From Gnetum montanum (lineage: Eukaryota; Plantae; Gnetophyta), in the NCBI GenBank assembly GCA_015680685.1, contig MNCI01000520.1, positions 1,473,412-1,537,411 on the forward strand: DNA of 64,000 bases, written 5' to 3'. Of the stretch, positions 53,181 through 64,000 are shown one piece after another; positions within the stretch are counted from its first letter, which is position 1, and each line of letters starts with the position of its first letter. The translations under genes were made by a program, and so were the position numbers. The notes beneath the pieces are model-generated. The model ran no database searches. It worked only from the letters and a program-made list of their open reading frames with translations, and was not told the origin of the DNA.

Positions 53181-54144
53181 AAATAACCTACCCCTTAGAT
53201 CTAATGTGAGATTGAAGGTTGACCTTATTTCTATGAAAGATCAATAAATGAAGAAATTTTGGAACAAAACCATTATCAAAGTACTTTTCCAATGATCAAA
53301 TTGTAATTAAAAAACTTGGAATAACTAGGAGTTCATCCTCAACTCATATCTCCATCTTTCTAGGCATTGTGATAATGACTAAAGTTAATTAATTATTTAA
53401 ATATTAAAAATTAAGAGCTAATATTTAGATTTTAAGTAGATGATAATAAGGAAGCTATAGATGTGAAGTATACTAAGGATGCAACTCTTGAGAAATTATA
53501 CATTATATAATAGCTCAAGGATTGGTTTGATTCTTAAGTGGGAGGCAAGGGGTTAAATTATAATGTATCATCTCTTATATAGGATAAAGTTATATTATAT
53601 TAATAATGTAGTTAACCTTTGAAAGATAAGATGTATTATTATGATGAGTTGTAACTATTCATAGTATCCTTTGGGAAAGTGGTTGGACCTATAATATTTA
53701 AGATAGGAACTTAGAGCTTCTACCATGCATGAAGTTGTAAAACCAACAATGATAAATGATGAGAGCCAGGTGAAGTGGAATAAGAAGGGATTGATCATAG
53801 CTTCAATTTGGTGGCCTAACCATAGTTGTAGTGCTAGATTTTTCTACTAATCCTAAGTATTACACAAAGATAACCCCAAGGCCATTCAATAGTGTATCCA
53901 CATAATTTTATTAATAAAGTCTTCTTCTTCTTTTTTTCTTTTTTGTTAATTCAAAGTGTCATTTCTTTCATGTTTTAGGTACATTTAATGGGTTATTCAT
54001 GGAATTATATGATGATTATACACAATGAATGACTATAATTATTAACATCCTAGACCATGATGTCATAGTGGTTATTATAGCCATATTAAATGTATCAACA
54101 TGGATGATGTTCCAACTTACAAAGAACTTACCAATGATGATCCC

Positions 54145-55561
54145 TAAAACACCACCAAAAATTCATGTTACACATTGTAACCTTCTTTTCCTTAATTTGA
54201 GGCAATAATTTATTGTAAATGTAACATATGTAGTCCATGAGCTATAATCCTACATACTTTAGCTTTTTAGACCAAAAATGCCCCAATCTTTGTTTTTGCC
54301 TCATTTCCTAGGTGGAAAAAGGTACCTCATGGCTATATTCAAGCTTGGTAAGGCTAAAAATGGCTTGGGAGTGGCCAAATTTGACATTTTCATGGGTTTT
54401 GTATGGATATAGCCTCAACTACATTGGAACCATCTGCCCCTTAGTGTAGTTGGGATTAATAGGATTTACCATTTTTCAACCCAGTGTAGTCACCACCAAA
54501 ACCTAGTGAAGATGCAGTGTTGGAATTGCTAGGATTTTTCGTTTCCATTTTTCAACAATGGCCAGCATAGTCATCCCAAGTTTTCAGTAGTTGTAGCATT
54601 AATGGATCAACGGAATAGTAGAATAATGGAACAGAGAAATAATGGAATAAGGGAACAATAGAACAATGGAGCAATGAAATATGTAGCATTTTCCAATGAT
54701 GGAGTTGATCACATTTTTTAGTAGCTTCAGCGTAATTGAGATGGACAATGTAGCAAGGATGGTACAACATATTCATAAGATTTTGTTTACTATTTATAGA
54801 AAATAGATGGATTTTGGTGGCTATAGTATTATGGAATTACTATAAATTGTAACCATGTTGAGCACAAATGACCATTGATAGCTATAAATTAATGCCAATC
54901 TATCAGCAATCATGTTAGTGATGTGTAGGTCCTAAATATCCTAATTTGGTTCCACCACTTTGGAAAAAAATAATACTTTGGAAGCATTTTTCAACACCCA
55001 AGAGTAGTTTTTAGCAAACACTTATTCACAACCCTACATCACTTTTGAGCAAAATTGGTGTCTATGTTGGTCACAGAGACTCCCATGTGATACCATTGCA
55101 TCGAAAGTGTAACACCATCCCATAGCCATGGTTGTAGATCTTGGTGAAAAGTAGTGGAAGTTGTAGAAGGAAGTTGGATAACATCTAGATCATGGAGCTT
55201 CAAGTGCAAATTGCAAGTTCCAATGGAGTTCAAGCACCCTCAGCAACTCTATTCACACCCAGCACATAACCTGTACCTCTCAAACTTTGTACTTTATTTT
55301 TAATTTTATTAAAGTCATAGTTTATTATGTGGAGATTTAATTTCACATGTTCTCTTTTGTCTTGGTTTTTATCCTAGATCTACAATTTCATCTCTTTTTC
55401 TAGTTTTCTCATTTTCTCATCTTCTTATTTTTGTATTTTTGTTGATACATTTCTAAGTCCTTGGATCAAACCATCTAGGTATCTTGAATCCTATTTTAAG
55501 ACTATTACAGCACTTGGGATTTTTGATTTTGTTTTAGCAACCAAAATTTCTACGTCCAATA
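54145..55561 (+). repeat. 5' LTR of B
   Basis: Start is homologous to the B' LTR. Ends just before the PBS. Confidence 0.72.
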
Positions 55562-55567
55562 GTTTTT

Positions 55568-55584
55568 TGGTGCTAGAAGGAGGG
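55568..55584 (+). other. Primer-binding site, tRNA-Asn (B)
   Basis: TGGTGCTAGAAGGAGGG. Confidence 0.88.
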
Positions 55585-55749
55585 CCTTCACCCAAATTCT
55601 TGGCCAAAACCATTTTTCCAATTGTCACATTTTCAAGTTCTCAAATTTGTGAACATATTCTAGTAAAACCTTGGAAACTAGAGTAGTTGAATTTTTGTTA
55701 TATTTTCATGGTAGTTGCTAGTTTACTTGAAGCTAGTGTAGTTGATTGT

Positions 55750-55870
55750 AATACCTATCTACTATAATACCTGTCTATCATAATTCTTGTCTACTATGAT
55801 AGCTATCTACTATACTACCCATCTACTCTAATAACTATCTAATGTAGTACCTATCTACTAAAATACTAGT
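55750..55870 (+). repeat. Short ~16-20 bp tandem repeat (TACCTATCTACTATAA-like) in the 5' UTR of B
   Basis: About 6 degenerate copies. Confidence 0.6.
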
Positions 55871-56038
55871 TTACACAAATACCTATTTCCATTCAATGGG
55901 TAAACCACTTTTCCCTTTACACCACCCAACAATATTTTTCCATTACCTTTTCATTTATAAACACTTATGGTAGTTGATTATCCTACTTATTATACTTTTA
56001 ATAAAAATAGCAAAAAAGCTAAAACCACAGTTTTCACT

Positions 56039-59000
56039 ATGTCTTTCAACCAATTGACCATTCTACCTTTCAACTTCATTAACATTGGGCCCATCCAATA
56101 ACCTGTGAGGGTATATGACACTAAGGACTCCACTGTGATTGAGTTTAGATATTCCTTAAGGCTTAGGGGATGAAGTCTTGATTTCTTAGTCATAAATGAA
56201 TATCACTACAACTTCATTTGTGCTAGAATTTAGGCTAGCATGTTAATTCCTCTCCTGGAATCATAAGCCAAGAGGGAGCTTGAACATATATGATGTGATG
56301 GGAAGGAGTATATCCCTTCCCCATATGACTAGATACCCTTTAATGAAACTCATGTATGCATCCAATCTCAATTAATTAAGATGAATGAAGAGGCTAGAAA
56401 GGCTAGCTCAGATGATCAATAGGAGGAGAAGGATGAGTTTGGGGTGAAATCCAAACATGAGAATGTTCTAGGTGCACTCTTCCAACAAGTCATCAATAAG
56501 GCCATAGTGTCCACTTCTACCACTCTTGCCTCTTCCACTAGCCAAATACCCCAATCCTCTACCCCTTCTTGCCTGACCATGTTCAACTCCATGACAGTCA
56601 TAGTTGTGCATTGAACACAATTGGTGTTGCAATCCACAACATTTCATTTCTTCATGTCATTTTCCACCCAATCTTGGTTCATACAATCATCATCAGTGGT
56701 TGTTATCATCACCAATCCTCCTATCATCTATATGGGGTCCACCATGGGACCCTAAGCAACTTAGGAATCACACATTTCTTTCATCTTATTTGTGCCTTAG
56801 ACACCAATACAAACATCATTTCATTGTTTGTTCCATCTACTACCATGATGATGCAACCTCTCCCTTTGGTGCCACAATCAATTGTAAGGCCACAAGCCTC
56901 CCAATAGATGTTGCAGACTTTCATGTAAATGCTAGAACTAATGGGGGTATCGTAGCACTTGGATCAAGTCTTCTAGATGATCTAGGAACTAATTGAAGTA
57001 TTAAAGAGGCTTAAATCCTATACATCCTAGACTATAAAAATCATGAATTTCTATCAAGAAAATCCCAATAGTCCTACAGTCCCACCTCTGACTCTTTCCC
57101 CTAGTGTCCCTATACCACAATTTACAAAGTACAATGGCAAGGATGATTCAAACTCTCATCTTGTAACCTTCGACTTTGAGTGCTTGCTATTACAAGCATG
57201 GCTGCATACGATCATGAAAATATTTACTATGTCTCTTATAGGAAAATCCCTTGATTGGTACTGATTCTTACTAAGAGGATCTGTATCCTCTTTGGAAGAA
57301 TTAGTTTCACAATTTGTTAAGTGTTCAAATATAACTTGAAGCCTAACACCATGCTTGACCAACTGATGAAGGTCAAGTAAGGATTCCTTGAACCAGTGCA
57401 GAAGTTCATCGAATAATTGAATACTCTACACAATGAAATATTAGAGCCACTTGCTAAAACATATCTTTTAGCTATTTTCAAGGGGACAGTTAACAATTTC
57501 ATTAAATCAAAATTGTATTATCTTGATCCATAATCTCTCAGTTAATCCTTTTCTTAGACTAAGAATATAGAGGATGCTACAAAGGCCAGCCATGATCTTA
57601 CCTACATGGCATATAAAAATAAACATGTGTAGAAGGACAAGGAGAGGGGTAGGTAAAGCAATGTGGTAGTGGTAACCATGACCAAGGAGAATAAGCCAAG
57701 CAACTAGGGGCCAAAGACTAACCAACCCAAGACCCTTGCTAACAACCACACCAACTAATCATCAGCCTTTGGGGCCTCAGCATTGAAAACTTCTAGGCCT
57801 AGCCTCAAATGGAAAGACCAATCTAAGTATACAAGGTTACCTCTTATTCTATTAGAGCTTTTGGATCAACTATTAAACAGTAGTAGAATTCAACATAAGA
57901 AAATGATTGCGAATGCCTATAAGAGGCATGAGTGAAAAAATAACCCTTTGATGCTCAAGTATTTTAAACTTGATCACTTATGCCACTATCATTAGTTGCT
58001 AGGTCGCAACACCAAATTTTACCTTATATTGAAGGATGACTTCAAAAAGATGATAAATAATGTTGAGTTGGTACGAGACACCTCAAACCTAGTTAGGCCT
58101 AAAAATCAAACAATTCACATATGTAAGGATGCATTGAATTCCAACAAAAATTCATACATCATATTAGTGCTCAATGTTGATGACAATTGAAGGCCTGTGA
58201 GGGAAGCATTTGTGATTCAAGAGCCTCATTGTAATGAAAGGGATCCTTTAGCTTCTACTCACCAAAGGTCCCCTTTTGTTATAAGGGTACCATCACTAGT
58301 GCACCCCAATGAGCCTTTTATCATTAGGGTACCCCAACCTATTACAACCAAGTCCACCCATGTAGTCGAACAATGACCCCCCAAAGTCTAATGCAATAAC
58401 TTCTTCCTCCAAGCCAATCAACAATAACAAGAAATCACAAACTAAACAATGGAAGAAACTTGTACAAAATCATAAGAAAAAGAGTGATAAGTAAGCCAAG
58501 GAATAGAAGGATGTGGGTCCTCCAAAGCTAACTCCCATCTCATCTATTCCCATGACCTCTACTACCCAGGTTGCTTCAACCTATACACCACAAGAGAAGC
58601 CTAAACCTCGAGACAAGGGAAAAGAGGCTGGGTCACAAGAACAACCTAAACATGAAGTCCATATTCTAGGGAACATGAAGGAAGTCTAGAACAACAAGAA
58701 TGAAAAACCTATGACCAACTACAAGGACTTCCTCAATGTGATGGAATAGGTCAAGTGATATCTAAAATAGAAAAATACAACATTAGGCTTGTACAACGTA
58801 GTCATGACTTCTGCTACACATCAAGAATCCCAAATTAATATGTTGACCTCCATCCCTATTAATGAGGCCATATTTGCTAACAAAGACTTCATTCATGTGA
58901 TGGAGCATAGGGCACATGAATGAAGTCTTGGGATATCTTTGCTAACATCTTCATTCAACATCACTTCAACTTTGTCTTGGGAAGACCTTGGCTAGCCTAC

Positions 59001-59348
59001 TTGTGAGCTATGCCTTTATCCATTCATGAATAAATTCACATACCTTATGAGGGAGGTGAAATAATCATTCATGGTGATAGTGTGTTTCCTTTACAAGTTA
59101 ATAACATTGATGTAGAATAAGGGTCCAAAGTGGAGTTTCAGGAAGAAACTCCTACCATTGGTCAAAAAATCAAAGAGGTTGGTAGAGCAAAAGAGGCCAA
59201 AGTAAAAAATAATAAACCCATCAATGTTCTATGGGTAGAGCTCCCCTTCAACATTATTAGTGAAGGAGATGGGGAATATAGCCTTGTGCAAGATAGATCA
59301 TATACATTTCCTAATCTCTTAAAGATTAGGAAACACTTGCACAAGTGA
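56039..59348 (+). pseudogene. gag: gag-protease of B (protease catalytic region deleted near 58910)
   Basis: PQFTKYNGKDDSNSHL...SLIGKSLDWY and FNFVLGRPWL. The DDG motif region is absent relative to A1. Confidence 0.85.
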
Positions 59349-60049
59349 TATATGCTCCTAATCCTTCTTACACCCTATGCACTTATAACCCTGTAACTAT
59401 ACATACCTATAGCATGATAGCCTAGTCTATACTTTACTTGTTTGTGTTATCTCATTTTTCTTTGCATTAAATTTAAATTGTCTTATAGCTTAAAGTTTAC
59501 ATTTTTACATTCTTTTACTTTTAAATATTTTTTTCTTTCTTCTTATTGATTAAAACTAAAAGAAAAAGAGCCATAAAAATTTTAAAACTAAAAAAATCCA
59601 TAAATATTTTAAAACATAAAATAAACAAAAAGTATGTTTTCTTTTACAAGTCATATGGCCCTTCATGGCCTAAAATTGGCAAACAATCTTATATCTCATT
59701 TTTGCTTCAATCTACAGCCTTGTTTCTTAATCTTTTCAACCTTTTAGTGCATTATAACCAATTTTAGCCACTGTAGTCTTAAAATATAAAATACAATGTA
59801 AAACCATAACATAAACAAAACTAGGATGCTAGAACATTATAACAAAAATTAAAGTTGAAACTCAAAATCAAAATTAAAATGTCTATGACATAACAACCAT
59901 AACCACATCGTGTGGTAAAATATTTAAATAATAAACAATGAATCATAAACATGAATTGTCTCTAACTAAATTGGCTAACAATAGTCATACAAAAACAAGA
60001 TTAATCAAATTAACAAAATGTAACTGAAACTAAAATAGTCATGACAAGT

Positions 60050-62820
60050 GATAACTAGGTGATGTTAAGGAGCATTTGGAGGAGGGGATGGAACATCATT
60101 TTTACCTTCACCCCTAGGGCCACTACCATCATCTAGTGCTTGTAACATGAAATAAAAAACATATTAGTAACCAATGCACATCAAACCAAAATTAATGACT
60201 TAAAATGTAATAAAATCAAAACTAAACCAAGCAAACCTAAGATGGCTCATGATTCGTATGTTCCATGGGGAAGTTCTAAAGACCAATGTCTAGATGGTAG
60301 AGGAGCTGATCTTCAGACATGTTGGCCTAGTCAACATCCCCAAGATTAGTACCCATGAGGATATTACTCTTATCAATGTCACTTCACATGTGTGGCTCAC
60401 ACAAAAATGTGGAGATGGTTGCCTCTCCTAAGGAAATAGTCATCTAGTGAGTAAGGAAGCTAGCTATAACCATGTTCTTCATAAACATATCATAGGTATC
60501 CTTTGCATTAATCCCCATCATGAACAACTCTAGCCACTACCTTTTTGTAGACTCCTCCTATGGCCATTTGAGGTAGGCATCCACTCAAGGACCCAAGCAT
60601 AGCAATCCTTCCACTCACTAGCCTTGCATTTTATGAGATCAATCTAAAGCTTTTGTTCTACTACCTCTCTAGCAAGGGCAACGTTGTCATGGATCGCATT
60701 GCAATAGTGGGCCCAAGTTATGTCCTTGGTGTCTAAGGAGTCCCAGTTGGACACTTAGACCTCCATGAAATCCTTACAATTCTTAAGGTCTTTAGCCTCC
60801 TTGGTTAGCTACTAGTTCTCCCTACTCAACACCACAACTTGTTCCCATAGGAACTCATTTGAATGTCTACATTCCCATAAGGACTTGGCACTTGATAGTG
60901 CACATCTAGTGACACCCTTGTATAGCTTTCATGGGAGATTTTCTACATCAAAAGGTAAAGGAGGCAATGTAGCAACCTCCATTGGTTGATCAAGATCCCA
61001 CCTCAGTTTAGGCACCGTAACCAACATAAAATGAAATTCAACAAATAAAAATAATTAATAAATAAAAATGAAAAATAATAAAAACTTCATAATCATAGAA
61101 AACCATATGAAAACCAAAAACATATAAACAATAAAGGAAAAATGGGTTAGAAATCTTATCAAATTTAGGAGCTATCTGCTATAACTAGCTAACCATATCT
61201 TTAGTTAAACCTTGCATGAATTGAAATTTATCAATCATATCCAACCATAGTTTTATGTAAAAGGTAGAAGTGGAATTTTGAGCTAAAAGCTCTCAGGCTA
61301 CAACAAGCATAATAAACAATCAACAACCATAGCGAATGCCAAATGTAAAACAACATAAAATTATAAAAACACATAAAATTGAAAACCATAAGAACCTAGT
61401 GGACCTTCTAATCTAAAGGTATGAGGTTTGCCTAGTTGTTCATCCCCAACAAGGCATTGAAGTTGTCTAAGGAAGGATTGGGTAGACACCCATCTTCCTA
61501 GTTTTACAATGCCTCATCCTCATAATGTTGCAATACCTTCTCTTCTTGATGTCATAGACCCTCCTCTTCTTGATACCTTTACTCCCCCTTAGATATTGTG
61601 GCTACTGCCATGACTTCTTACTCCTGTTACTTATGTACAATAACACCAACCATAAAACATAGAGCAATTTAGCACATTTTTTCTAAGACCAAGGTAATAA
61701 ATCAACTTAAAACCATAACTTTAAAATAGATTAACAAAACAACAAATCAAAATAGAACATACCTTTCATATCATTTCGCAACCCTATAAGCTTGATGATC
61801 AGTTTCTTCTTCATGGACTGCCCTATAACTAGTGTTTTCTCATCCACCAAAGGCCTCTTAATTTTTTCTCTAGCTAAACCCTTAGTTTTGGCAAGTAATT
61901 GTTTAGCCTTTCCAATATTCCAACAATCAACATGGGGCTCTCTCCATATGCTATTAGGGGATGCACAATGTCTAATAGCAATCCCCTTATTGGTAATGGA
62001 TAGTGATTCACCCACACCGTCTGATGGGTCCTAGGCCTTCATGGTTAAAACAAGATGCCTCACCCAAGGCTTGGTGAGTTGGGATGGGTCTTGGGTTATC
62101 CATTGACCATCCTTCTTCACTATGAGGAACTCCACAAATCTCCATAAATAAGCTAAGAAAAGTGTAAAATGCACATGGAACTTCACTTAGAGGTTGTTAC
62201 AAAGCTTTAGGATTTTCCACTACAACCCAAAAACAAATGAATAGCCTAGTTAAATTGAGCATCCCTAAGGAGGAGCCACTTCATGATCCAAGATTGCTCC
62301 ATGTCCATGATCTTTCCTTGTGATAACAACTTAGGATGCACATGGGATTGGAATTGGGGATACATCTATCTAGCCTTTGAAACCCATAACTGGCTTGTAG
62401 AGAGCCCCTTGGAGCTACAAAGAGTCTTTAACCACTTATCTACGTCTTTCCAATGCTCCACCTCTTTCCTTGCTTTGGTGACAATCATTGTGCCTTCATT
62501 AGGGATACAAAAGAGGTCACTGAAGGTGGATTTTGTATCATCCAAGACTATGGTCGCATCATGAAAATAGGTAAAAAAAAAACCTTCTAATTCCTTTACT
62601 AAAGGAGTCAATGATGTTCAACATATCTATCATGGGAATGAGTGGGCTTGGGACCATGAAGAGATCAAAAAAGCCTACATGAATGATCCTCACTTGCATA
62701 GCCTGGGATGCCTAGTTAGACAACCAGTCTTGCATAAGTTTCACCTCATAAAACTTGAGGATCAATGTATCCTCATTATGTCCTAAAGTAATAACTATAA
62801 TTTCAGATAATGAAGTAACC
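60050..62820 (-). pseudogene. Antisense accessory gene of B, middle and 3' exons
   Basis: FFLAYLWRFVEFLIVKKDGQWITQDPSQLTKPW...QDP..GESLSIT aligns with A1 FFVACLRRFIEFLVVHENGV.VIQDSN.ISKPW...QDP..GKSFSIT. Intron layout is similar. Confidence 0.7.
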
Positions 62821-63029
62821 TTTGAAACATAATGAAAAATGATCCAATAGCCTAATCATAGGTGCATCATGTAAAAAACATGTAATAAATATAGACAAGA
62901 CAAAATGAAACTAATACAATCATTCCAATAACCAAAACCAAAATAACTTAATAACGCATAACTAGAAAAATGTTAGCATAGGAATAACCAAAATCAACAA
63001 ACAAAAATACTTCACATAAATGAAATAGA

Positions 63030-63833
63030 TATTGTAGGAGCTCTAGGAGATGAATCTACTTCTACATCAAAAGATGGATTTTCCCACTAGCTATTCATTG
63101 TCCCATTGGCTAGGCATCTCAAATAGGCTTTAGGATGGTATTTGATGCAATCTTCAAGATCATTCTATAATTACTTCATTACCATAATTCTCACATGTGG
63201 GCTTTTGGTAAACACCTTCAATGTTGTGTGAAATAAATGTCAAAGGTTATCACCTTTAATTAATCCTTGCTCATTCACCATATACTTGTAGGTAAGTAAA
63301 TTAATGCAAATCATCATAATATATATAAATGAAAATAACAATTTAATTAAAATAAATTTTAATAGCAGTTTCACTTACCCCTCTATGCTATAGATGGTGC
63401 CTAGAGGATTTTGGAATAATGTATGAAAGTAGTGGTTAATAATCAAAGTATTTTCCATGTTCAATTGGCTAAACTCTAGCATCTCCCAAATCCTTGATAA
63501 TTTGTGAGTGTCCATAGTGGTCATGTCATCATTAGTTCTACTTTTTACATGACCATCAAATTCATAAATTGTGAACTTGATAATCATTGTAGAGGAACTA
63601 GGTAAAAGGATTTCCATTATTGTTGTTGTTGTCTTGAATGCCAAGTATGACCAAACCATCACACTAAAATTCTAAAGTAAGTAGGCAAGGAACTTCTTGG
63701 CCCCTAGCCTAAACCACATGATTTTGTGTCACCACTCCATATTAGGAAGTGGAGTGTTGGGTCCTGGTAGATGCATGTAGCACAATAGCCCTAACATCTC
63801 TATCACTACTAGGATGAATTTTAAGAAGGCCAT
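63030..63833 (-). pseudogene. Antisense FCP1/NIF-homology domain, two exons (B)
   Basis: MAFLKFILVVIEMLGLLC...(frameshift) WFRLGAKKFLAYLL*NFSVMVWS...KLSRIWE...LNMENTLIINH...FQNPLGTIY. GTAAGT donor at 63378, at the same codon as in A1. Confidence 0.72.
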
Positions 63834-64000
63834 GCACTAAGACAATAATACAACTATTACAATCATGTGTAAGCCAAAACTAAAACATCACAACACCAAA
63901 AATTGAAATACTAATAAAAATTACAACACATAACCTTGCTAGCCTTTATAACATTCCAACATAGAAACAACACTTAGGAAAAATATGAAATGAATTAGTT

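Larger units (their letters stand above)
54145..64000 (+). mobile_element. Tat-type element B (5' LTR, PBS, gag-pro, antisense gene; continues beyond window)
   Basis: LTR start TAAAACACCACC, PBS, gag motifs, and antisense exons homologous to A1. Confidence 0.85.

Noticed and set aside
53180-54144. AT-rich unassigned segment
   Set aside because: No ORF, repeat or terminal structure could be supported.

Overview
Eukaryotic, plant-type heterochromatin-like DNA. It is AT-rich and depleted in CG and CHG, and many CAG>TAG and CGA>TGA changes break the reading frames. I found no intact host gene. Almost the whole window is a nest of decayed Ty3/Gypsy LTR retrotransposons. One Athila-like element (- strand, ~10587-53180) holds a Tat-type element D (-, 11924-45263, TSD TAGAC). 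D holds A1 (+, 14594-39479, TSD CTATA), and A1 holds A2 (+, 23276-31055, TSD TTACC/TTATT). Three more partial Tat-type copies lie at the edges: C (+, <1-8061), B' (-, 8062-10586) and B (+, 54145->64000). The Tat-type family has a tRNA-Asn PBS and pol order RT-RH-aRH-INT, but an unusual layout. gag-protease and pol are separated by a ~6 kb intron-like interval. That interval carries a conserved multi-exon ANTISENSE gene. Its first exons encode an FCP1/NIF (CTD-phosphatase-like HAD) domain with Glu at the catalytic Asp position in both copies seen; a PMD/transposon-like domain, an acidic region and a coiled coil follow. Each module is bordered by arrays of one oriented motif: a 4-bp covarying stem, a hexaloop and a WWAAACTRG tail. 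All calls come from reading and translating by eye, with no database search. Boundaries marked ~ are approximate.
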